NCBI RefSeq assembly: GCF_006345805.1
Contig: NC_042998.1
Span: forward strand, 116,808,001 to 116,872,000
Direction: 5' to 3'
DNA: 64,000 bases
Origin: Octopus sinensis
Taxonomy: Eukaryota
Shown one piece after another: positions 53,317-64,000 of the stretch. A model generated the notes under the pieces. The model was not told the origin of the DNA and did no database searches. It worked only from the letters and a program-made list of their open reading frames with translations. How positions within the stretch are numbered: the first letter of the stretch is position 1; the number at the start of each line of letters is the position of its first letter. The translations under genes were made by a program, and so were the position numbers.

Positions 53317-53524
53317 GATCTCGTGAGTACCGCCGCCCATTTTTTTCCTCTGTCTTCCTTTCTCGGGATCTTTCCTTCTCCTATGTTTCCCACGAAGAGC
53401 TCCGCTCGAAACGTTACATCCTCCTTCTGCCCTTCTTTCCTGAGCGTCCAATAATACTTTCTTTTTTCCCCGTCCTCGCGTTGCTGTGTGTTTTTGTTTT
53501 TTGTGTTTTCTTGTTTGGATTAAC
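53317..53524 (+). mobile_element. (TA)n-flanked Penelope pLTR-like element with decayed hammerhead
   Basis: TTT-CCCACGA-A-GAGC-TCC-GCTC-GAAA-CGT-TA at about 53386-53416, with palindromic AACGTT. The core G5 position is C, so probably inactive. Confidence 0.55.
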
Positions 53525-53560
<36 letters not shown>

Positions 53561-53575
53561 ATATAATATATATAT

Positions 53576-53609
<34 letters not shown>

Positions 53610-53760
53610 CATATATGTTTATATATATATATGTTTATATATATATACATACATATATGCTGTACGCGCTTAAATACGTACTATACACACATACATATGT
53701 GTGAATATATATATATATGTATATATATATTACATATATGTGGATATACATATAGATTTA
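53525..53760. repeat. (TA)n-rich microsatellite
   Basis: Seen directly. Confidence 0.9.
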
Positions 53761-54029
53761 CTTGCGTGTAGGTGTGTTAGAATGTATCCTTATAATTGCA
53801 TTTCTGTATTATATCAATATTTTTTCGTAAAAATGAATAAAAACTTATACATTTATGAATTGTTGTATACATATTCGTCGAAGACTATCAAACTGAACCA
53901 TTGAAATTGCTCTCAACACTACCTTTGTAAAAGAGTAACAGAAACGTACTCAACAAATAATGTTCAGTGATTCTTCGGATTGATGTCATCATTATAAGTA
54001 GACATAAAATAAACATATATATGTTTGTC

Positions 54030-54073
<44 letters not shown>

Positions 54074-55387
54074 GTATATATGTGTGGGTGTGTGGGTGTA
54101 AATATACATATAGATGCATGCATGAACTACTCACACACACTCTCATATATATATACATACATATATATACACACACGCACGCACACACACATATATATAT
54201 ATACATATATATATATATAGATACATACATATATACATACACACACATACACACACACATATATATATATTCATACATTTCTATTCACAATCAACTGACA
54301 GCGTTGTTTGTCAAAATTATGTACAGCTACGCATGTTAAGCATCCTAGCTGCGAATTTTGCATGGCATTTCTCGTGGCTTGATTCAAATATCTCTTCCAA
54401 TTATAAATGATTTATACGTCTCGGGATTCTTTGTTCGGCAGGAATAATTATTCACTCAAGGCTTTACGTTTTAGCTATGTTAATATTTTCGTTTCATGTG
54501 GCATCTGAGAAAATATGTTATTTTTTTTTTCTTACTCTATTTCTTTTCGTTTACACAGATTGATATATCTGATTCTTTCACCCTAAACGTAATGCAACGC
54601 ACATATATATTCTTTCCTTTGGTTATTACGTCTGTGATCTTAACACTGCCCCATTATCAATGCCATCATAGTAAACGATAAAGATCTGAAGCGTTCAATC
54701 ATTTTATGTCATCATAAGGAACCACGTCTGATATAACGATATATGCCTCCTGATAAATATATACTGCGATATTGTCAAAGTGAAAATGGTTCTGAGAAAA
54801 TCTGCAGCAACTACTTATGTATAAATCTGACGTGAACTATAAACTTTGATCCTTTCTGTGCATTTTCTTCTTCTCTTCGTATCTACTATGGATGGCATAT
54901 CTGAATATCCGAAAGAACTATATTATGCATACTAAAGAAAATTTCCAGAAAGGAGGAAAGAGCATAGATGCTATACATCAGAGTAAGAATCGATGCAACG
55001 GTAACGATGTAAATATGACGGAATAAACGCACGAGTAATGGTGCCTTTTCATCTGAACATCTTTCCGTCCACTTTAATGTCATGCTCACTGTATTTTACC
55101 GACTAATATGTAATGGTAGGATTATAATGTGAGGATAAATAGAACTATCAGTAATATTACTTAAACTTTTATCACTTGGGAAAAATTGATTGCCATTAAA
55201 ACGAAGACGGAGACTACAAGATTATTTAACCAAAGATATAAGTAGATGAAAGGAAGTGCCTGACACATTCACACGAATTTTACGGAGCTATCTGTTTCTC
55301 TATCTGAGTATCTCGTTACCCAACTCTCTCTCTCTCTTTCTCTCTTCATTTTTTGTATATATCCATATATATATATATATATATATC

Positions 55388-55445
55388 ATTTTTCTTTTAC
55401 CTGTTTCAGTCATTAGACTGTAGCCACACTGGGGCACAACCTTGA
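55388..55445 (-). mobile_element. SINE family B 3'-terminal fragment
   Basis: Reverse complement GTGCCCCAGTGTGGCTACAGTCTAATGACTGAAACAGGTAAAAGA. Confidence 0.7.
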
Positions 55446-55539
55446 AAATTTTCAGTCCATTACTTTTCAGTACTTACTTTTTATAAGATTGATATAATAT
55501 AAATATAATTTACATACACACATATGCATATACAGAGAG

Positions 55540-55650
<111 letters not shown>

Positions 55651-57029
55651 TCTCGTTACCTTTCATCTGCATATATTTGTAAGATTGCAAGATTGTTAAA
55701 CCGGAAGGAAACAAACTTGTTAGGTGGTGTCAAGTGTACGTGTTAAGGGTGTAGCTAAACTAAGTGAGGTTAGGAGTGGATAGAGGAGGATATGGGAAGG
55801 AGGGGAAAGCAATGTAGAAGTTAACAAATTTATTTAGATCATTTCACGAATGACCTACGTAGTCTTGATGGTTATCGAATCATTTATTTCGGATTACGAA
55901 TCTGATCCCACCATATTGCTTGTTTTATCTCTTCTTTTCATTTTAATTTTTTTTATTTGCATTAAGTCACTCAAAATCAGGATTATATATTCACTTGGAA
56001 TATTATCTGAAATACAGTCATTTAGGAAAAGCTTCGCATTCTATTGTATAAAAATCAGCTTTACTTTAATATCTCTTTCATTGTTGCAGATGTTCCATGT
56101 GAAGAACGAAAATCGCAATCATCTTACGATATTTGTATAGTCATATAACAAACATACAATGCAGCTGGTAGGTATCTGGACCTAATGAAAGATCTCCATT
56201 CTGCTCATCTGCACGCGAATTCTTAGTCTCTCCCCGCTGCACCAATTCCTTGAGGCGTACAAGCTCTTAAACAAAACGTTAATGAACCTGAGATAGCTCT
56301 TGAACAAATTGACGCTTTTCTGTGATTGCGATAAGTTGAGTCATCATCAGAGGTTGCAGTAATGAATTAGACGATCTTACCGTATACCAATGAAATTTGA
56401 TATACTTTTACAATTCACACCGACTAAAACAGTTAAAATAGGGTATAGACAATGTTGCTAACGTAGAAAGCGTTATGATCTTTTGAAGTCATGAGCCATT
56501 GAAATAGAAGAGTCGTTGAAGAACGGAATGGATTGCGTTGCGGTGCGGCCACTGTTTTGTTTTATATCTATCAATCTATAAAATACCTGTCAAGTATTAT
56601 GGTAGACTACTTGACGATTCAAATAATATAAGCAAAATAGACACTTTAGAAATAAACATACCAAAAACATTGGCAACATCCTATAGAATAGTTAATCAAA
56701 TAAGTGATAATGATTTATTCTTGTCGCGTCAGAATACCACCTTGTTACTGTAAACAGTAGCGTTTTTCTTTTTTCTGTGACTAATGAAGTCGTTTTAAAA
56801 CGAAATGACCTCTAGTTAATCTTATTCGTTACCCAGAACTATGAAACAAATATAAAGTTGTAAAATTCCAAATAAATTTACCTAGAACCATTGAGTGAAT
56901 GTACATATATACGTATAAACTAACAATGTTTTTTGCGACCATACATACACACAAATATGCGTAAGTATACATCCAAATATGTATGCATGCATGCATGCAG
57001 GTATGTATGTATGTCTGTATTTATGTATG

Positions 57030-57060
<31 letters not shown>

Positions 57061-57691
57061 TGTATGCATGCATATATGTTATGTATGTATGTACGTATGT
57101 ATAGGAAAGCTGATACACTGTAATAGAAGAAAAGAATGAGCTTCAATAATTTTATCATCGTTTTTTTCAAAACGATTCCTAAACTAATTTATACACGCAG
57201 ACACGCATTTATACACGTATTTACACGCACGCGCAAGTACTAACACACATACACGCCCAGACTAACACAGGTACACGGGTACACAAATACAGACGTACAC
57301 GCTTTTATATTGCTAGATTATCATTAATTGAAATTAGCGACTTTATGTAACCTAACATTCAATATCAGAAAATAGCATAAAAAATAATAAAGCGATGTAA
57401 TCATGTATTTAGCTTAATTTTTTTTCTTTTCTTCGTTATAGGGAGGTAAATTAGAATAGAAAATTAATTATTCTTACCGTGGTTGAACGTTGTAAAGAAA
57501 TACACTGACCTGAATAATAATGAAAAAAGATAAAATCAATTAAGACAACAAAATTAAATATTTCAAAGGGGTATGTTTATATAATTGAGATATAAGATTA
57601 AAAATACAAAGAGAAAAAAATTAGGAAAGAGAAAAACAGAAAGTTTATGCAGTTCTCCCGATGGAAGACAAATTAAACACATGGTACCTAA

Positions 57692-57724
<33 letters not shown>

Positions 57725-57726
57725 TT

Positions 57727-57780
<54 letters not shown>

Positions 57781-59247
57781 GCCACTTGCTATTCATGGAC
57801 GACTTGAAGCTGTTCACACAATCTGAGGCAGAACTGGATAGATTAGTCCAGTCTGTACAGATTTCCTCCAATGATATAACGATAAGGACTCACAAAATGT
57901 GCTACGGTGGTGATGAGAGATATGAGACAGAAAGTATATGTTTTCCAAGTGGTGAAAGGATGAAGGAAATCCAACCTCAATCCAGCCATAAATACCTGGG
58001 AATACTTGAGGCAGATGAAATCAAGCACAACAACATCAAGGAGTGACAAAAAGAGAGTAACTGCGGCGAGTGAGAAAAATACTGGCTCCAAAGCCAAATG
58101 CCAGAAACATAATTTCGGCAATAAACTCGCACGCAGTCGCAGTAGTTCGGCATGGCCCTGAAATCCTGAAGTAGACAGGAAGTCAAGAAAGCTCCTAACA
58201 TCATACACGTGCAGACACTAATCCCCTTTACATGAAGAGAATAAAAGGAGGAAGGAGACTGATAAGTGTGGACGACTGCGTGCGTATCGACCTCGATGGC
58301 TTAATGAGATACTAAGCCCAAAGTAAGGAAGCCTTAACAGTGACAGTTAGATACGAGTGAGTTCTGAGAGTAGAAAAAAGGGAATACAAAGGAAGGAGTA
58401 CAAAAAGGACATGAAGAATTACGCAAGAATGGACTACATAATCAATTAGTCACAACAGAAGATGCTGAAAAATAGGTACGATTGACCGGTGAAAGGAACA
58501 GTATAAAATAGAGATCGAGAGCACAATACTGGCAGCGTGATACCAATTACTTGACACGAACTGGAGGGTCAACCTTACCAATGAGTATGTGTCTCAGCTA
58601 TGCCGCATCTGCAATACAATGGATGAAACCATTGCCTATATCACGAACGAATGCCCTAGAGTTGCCCCAAACCAATACAATTTGTTGCGACTCGATCAGG
58701 TGGCAAAAGTGGCACATTGAAAACTATGCGAAAAGTGAGGGCTGGAGAGAGGCAAGACGCGGTATAAGCACAAACTGAAAAGACTGAGGGAGTCGGAGAC
58801 TAGCAAAATCATCTGGGATTTCCCAAACCAAACAGATCAGGTGATACAGCATAACAGACCAGACCTAATGGTGGAGGACAAGGTGCACCACATACGCTAT
58901 ATAGTTGATGTTGCATGCCACTTTGACCTACGAATAGACAAGTAGGAAGGTAAAAAAATAAATACAACATTCTTCAGTACGAAGTAGTCAGGCTATGGAA
59001 AATGGAGAAGATTAAGATAGTGCCAATTATTGTTGGGTCCTTAGGAACAGTATCAGAAGACATCAAGAGAAGGAAATTGGAATAGAATGCCCAGTAGAAC
59101 TGTTTCAAAAGTGTTTGCCTATTTGACAAGGTCACGATAATCAGGAAAGTATTGATAGTTGTAAAAAACGGATCGCATGGTATCGTAGGCTGCAGGTACC
59201 AAGCCTGCAAAACATGCAAGACTCCAGGAGCTCCAAACAAAACCCGT

Positions 59248-59248
<1 letters not shown>
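57781..59248 (+). mobile_element. R4/Dong-like RLE LINE, 5'-truncated and decayed, inside (TAA)n
   Basis: HLLFMDDLKLF (RT), KYLGILEAD, GGRGLISV, CRICNTMDETIAYITNEC (zinc knuckle), IIWDF..NRPDLMV..IVDVAC (RLE), IVPIIVGSLG. (TAA)n at 57694-57780 and 59249-59309. Confidence 0.9.
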
Positions 59249-59309
<61 letters not shown>

Positions 59310-59337
59310 CGGGGAAAAATAATAATAATAATAATAT

Positions 59338-59722
59338 GGGAAAAAATGCTTTGTAATTGATGTATCAATACCGGCAGATGACAACGTGTCTCTAAAAGAA
59401 ATGGAGAAACTCTCAAAATACAAAGACCTGGAAATAGAGGTAACCAGAATGTGGAATCTGAAAACAGAAACAATTCCTATCATAGTAGGTGCATTAGGCA
59501 TGATAAAAAAATATTCAGACAAATACATAACAAAAACACCAGGACTTACAAACACATATATCATACAGAATATTGCACTACTGGGCACTGCACACATCCT
59601 ACGCAGAACACTTTCCATACAATAACCATCAGAGCATCACAACAAATCACAACACATACCCAAGGCACACAGACTGCGCTCGGTAGTGAAGTGAAAGCAC
59701 GCTATAAAAATAAAACTACTGA
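59338..59722 (+). mobile_element. Second R4/Dong-like LINE subfamily, 3' fragment inside (TAA)n
   Basis: Open frame CFVIDVSIPADDNVSLKEMEKLSKYKDLEIEVTRMWNLKTETIPIIVGALG..LGTAHILRRTLSIQ*, then a 3' UTR and (TAA)n. Confidence 0.9.
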
Positions 59723-60133
59723 ATGATAATAATAATAATACTAAAGGTGATGATGATGATTATGATGATGATGTTGACGACAACGACGACGATGATGATG
59801 GTGATGATGATGATATGCGTGTGTATGTATATGCAGCCGCGATGGCATTTTGAGATAGGTTACGGAATGAAGAAGATAGTCATTCTATGTTTTCGTTGAA
59901 ACGAAGGAAGTCTGTCTAGTTCTATATGGGTGTATATTTGTCGTAGAGTTAAATTCTATAAAGGCTGAATAAGAATGAATTGGGAACTCTTTAACAGTTT
60001 AACCCATCGATTTTATTTGGAACTCAACATTTATTCAAATTATTGTAGACTGTCAATAATGAATAGATATATAAAACATCGATATATGTTTAAACAAGTG
60101 TGTATAGCAAAAATAAGGTATGTTACTGAATGG

Positions 60134-60217
<84 letters not shown>
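60134..60217. repeat. (TA)n microsatellite
   Basis: Seen directly. Confidence 0.95.
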
Positions 60218-61565
60218 ATTATTACATTAAATCGCTCATAATAAGACACGCACCACACTACTTCAATGGCATCAAAATGCAATTTTATTAACAGCCTAAT
60301 ACAAATTTGACAAAAGAGCCTGAATTTAGGATTTATTGCAGACACTTTCATAGTAAATTATGCAATTCCCAAATATTTGTTTTTCGTTATAATAGATTTA
60401 ACATACACCAAAACATGGCGTTCTGAATAAATACAAGACAAGCATTCATTTATAAATGAGCACTAAAACTTCACTATTACATGCAACACCCGCTGATTTC
60501 GTGTGTATTATAGATACGGGACTGATGGCAGGAAACTAAAGCTTATTTTAAAACCTGAATAGAAGAAATAAGGCATGTGATCCGTGCCTGAAATCGGACA
60601 TGAAATATGCTTGAAATTTTTAAGAAATCGCTTTATACTTTGACTAATCATATTTTTTTTGAAATTTCCAAACTGCTTCCCAGCTATCAACTATAAAAAA
60701 TTAGACAACGAGAGTTATACATCAAACTACGAATGGCTTTAATATATAAATGCCGTGTATGTATTTCAAAGATATATGTAAGAGTATAAAATTGTGTAAA
60801 TTGCAAAGATTTCTCATTCCCATTTAGTTTTTTCAGATTTGTTATTGATTCGAAAAATATCAGAATGCCTAAAAACTGAAGTATCACGTGAAAATTGCAG
60901 GATTTTATTTACCTATTTTATGTTGTTTTATCGTGTGGGATTAAGTTGTGTTTCATGTTTTTGCCGTATACCTAGACATTTCAATTAATATTAAAATAAT
61001 ACGGTTGGAGAGTGGACTACCTCTTCGGTATTCATAACAATGTCATGCAAGTATAACTGTAAGTATAACTTGAAACTGCCTCAACAATGTAGTTTTTCAT
61101 GCTGTCTCAAATGCATTTAATTTTGTACAATACCATATGCGAGTTAATAACATCGCAGTTCGAAGATTACCAGCGGTATAAATTCATTTGCTATGTAAAT
61201 CGCTCCGTTACGTGTAACGTTAATGACACCATGTATGTGAGAAGAAAAGTTTCCACATAACAACAAACTTTTGACAAAATTACCAGACAGCGAACTTAAA
61301 ATGTTTAATTTTATTACATCTACACATAGGAGAATATTATATAATTATTTCAATAAGTTTTTGCTGCATTACTGAATTTTGTGTTGCTAGATGGAAGGGG
61401 GCCATATTAAAAAATTTGTTGGCCATTCATTAATTGGAGCTTGTTTTTGATGTGATAAGCGTAGCTGATTTCAATTGTGCTCACTACACACATGTTGATT
61501 TCATTTGTTTTCACTATATGCCTGTTAAAATAAAAAAGAAAAAACGTGCGAGAAAGTTTCTGCAT

Positions 61566-61822
61566 ATCATATCAAAAGTGAGTCTAACAATATAACAAAG
61601 TTCAGCATGTACATTTTCTTACTTATTAGCACGATAGAAAATTGCGAATTAGATATATAAGGGGCATACACGAAAATAAATAAAACTCAAGAGTACATGA
61701 ATATAATTTTTATATATTCATATAATCTATCACATTTAACCAAAACGCGGCTTCTATAATCATATCAAAAGTGAGTCTAACAATATAACAAAGTTCAGCA
61801 TGTACATTTTCTTACTTATTAG
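61566..61822 (+). repeat. Perfect 64-bp direct repeat with 129-bp spacer
   Basis: 61566-61629 is identical to 61759-61822. Confidence 0.95.
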
Positions 61823-61890
61823 ATTTTAAAATATCACTTACTCTTCATTATTTTATGTGTGTATGTGTATGTATGTATACATACATGCAT

Positions 61891-61926
<36 letters not shown>

Positions 61927-62463
61927 GTACATGTACATGTACATGTAAGCAAGTATGTGTATCTTTTGCTCGTATTAAAGTTCTTTTCTATTATGTTTAT
62001 GTGACAACTTATCTGATATTATAATCATTTTTTTGGTTTTTAGGTTATAGAAACATTGATGCTTCTCTACCAATATTTCTTTATTTGTACCATGGCAACA
62101 GTATAATTGCAAACCTCAGATAATGAGCGCGCAATCCAATTATTTTACTTGTTTCTAGCAGAAGATTGTCTGTAGTAAGATGAACTATATCATTTAGTTG
62201 TTAATGTTATTTGGTTTTTAAAACTTGACTTAGAAATACATAAAATATTACTTATGTATATCGAGAAAAAAATTTCAAAAACACATCCAAAATAAAACGA
62301 TTTTAGTTTTTATTTTTTCAAACATGAGTAGAATCAAAGAATATATTGTAGGTAAAGGTATATAAAGAAATATATATTTAGATATTTATTTTCGTTCAAT
62401 ATGTAAAAAAAAAATAAATCACGAAAGAATAACAGGCAAGAGCGTTCCAAAATACATGATTAC

Positions 62464-62549
<86 letters not shown>

Positions 62550-62653
62550 GTTTGTCTGTCTGTCTATCTGTCTTTCTGTCTGTCTGCCCGTCAGTCTGTC
62601 AGTCTGCTGTTGTCATGTCGATACATACATGCACATGCACTCACACGGAAACG

Positions 62654-62701
<48 letters not shown>

Positions 62702-62730
62702 CGCACATACACACACACAAACACAAACAC
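62464..62730. repeat. (CTAT)n-(CTGT)n and (CA)n microsatellites
   Basis: Seen directly. Confidence 0.95.
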
Positions 62731-63026
62731 GCATTCCATTTAAACACACTCCCGACAGTTTATCGGCAGTCAGGTAAAGATCGCATTTGCAATATTTTGG
62801 ACAACATCGAATCTCCCCCAGTTCTGCGCAATATTAATTATAAGGACCGATATTTAGATTCATTTGGCCCATAATATAGCATAATTTACAGTTCTATTTT
62901 TCCAATCCTAATCATCAGGCCGAAGCTAATATAGCAATTCCAAGTATACAATAGCAATTATGTTCTAAACTGAACGCAAATATAATACTTTATTTATAAA
63001 AGAAAATGAAGTCACATGTACTCTTG

Positions 63027-63186
63027 TTTCAAATTTTGGCACAAGGCCAGCATTTATTGGGGGTGGGGTTAAGTCGATTACATAGACCCCACTGCACAAA
63101 TAGTACTCATTTCATCGAATGTGACAGGAAATACTGCTAAGTTTATTTCCCGGCGTATTAAAGATTCTGTCATCTCGCTATCCTAA
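63027..63186 (-). mobile_element. SINE family A copy, internally deleted
   Basis: GGCACAAGGCCAGC..AAGTCGATTACAT..TAGTACTCATTTCATCGA..TGCTAAG..CCCGGCGT. Confidence 0.75.
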
Positions 63187-63225
63187 TCTTTGCTCTACAC
63201 AAATTAGGCTATGAGGTGCAAGAAT

Positions 63226-63410
63226 TATTAGCACGCCGGGCTAAGTGCTTGGCGGCATGTTGCCCGTCTTCACATTCTGAGTTCCAATTCCACCCAAGTC
63301 AAGTTTGCCCTTAATCCCTTGAAGATCGATAAGTACCAGCTATGCATTGGGTTGATGTAATCGACTTATTCCTTTCCTCATTCGTGCTGACCTTGCACCA
63401 ACTTTTGAAA
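63226..63410 (+). mobile_element. SINE family A copy
   Basis: TTAGCACGCCGGG..TTCTGAGTTCCAATTCC..GATAAGTACCAG..AATCGACTT..CCTTGCACCAACTTTTGAAA. Confidence 0.85.
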
Positions 63411-64000
63411 TTAATATTTTTCAGCTATCTATTATCACCTCGCAACCTATTTGGATACCGCAAATAACATACAGACTCCTTAAAGAGTATCACATAGACG
63501 CATCTATGTATTCATGTGTGTGCCTGAGTGTGGGGAATCGCATACATTACTTGAGATATATGAAAGTATTGCAAAAGTGTCATGCAAAGAACAGTTATTT
63601 GCTCAAAAAATAGTAAATACGGAAAAGAGAAAACAAGATAACGAGGCATCTAGTGGGTGTTAAATAGAAAGATTAGAAGTGTGAAGAATAAATATTTGCT
63701 TATTTTTCATCCGTGTTTTGTCTTTTAGACCAGCTGTGTATTTTCATATAAGAATGTTTTCAGAAATTTATGGAAAGCATAATATTTAGTATATATTTGT
63801 CAGGGGTAACGCTGTATTTGCATATAGTTTCTCGAAGACTAATATAATATATCTTGCTTTCTTTGGGTTTGTGAGCTTAAACGCATATTCAGCACACGAG
63901 GAATGTGGTTGTTTATATTTGCACGACGATTATTACGAAGTGCTTCGCTAATTGTGAGTGATAAATCTATACATTTCCAACCAATCTGAAACAAACAGTT

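Noticed and set aside
56090-56360. Candidate small exons on either strand (minus frame ELVRLKELVQRGETKNSRADEQNG)
   Set aside because: Splice signals are of a quality expected by chance and no protein family is recognisable.

Overview
AT-rich eukaryotic non-genic (intergenic or intronic) DNA. The repeat content is most consistent with an octopus/coleoid cephalopod genome (inference). I recognise no intact host protein-coding gene, rRNA, true tRNA or CRISPR array; almost all ORFs in the supplied track are translations of microsatellites. The window is a mosaic of (TA)n, (GT)n, (GATA)n and trinucleotide microsatellites plus decayed transposons: Tc1 (DD34E), three mariner remnants, a DD37D/maT-like fragment, a mariner-type MITE, a well-preserved 5'-truncated CR1-group LINE, RTE fragments, R4/Dong-like RLE LINEs sitting in (TAA)n, three tRNA-headed SINE families and Penelope-like remnants. 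Most notable: (1) a 154-bp spacerless palindrome carrying a minimal hammerhead-ribozyme fold with a CCGAUGA core on each strand, one of several hammerhead-like motifs in small, mostly (TA)n-associated elements; (2) a 40-nt 3' end shared by the CR1-type LINE and a SINE family, with a compensatory stem-loop; (3) a five-copy head-to-tail SINE array and several fold-back structures. Boundaries of degenerate elements are approximate, read by eye.
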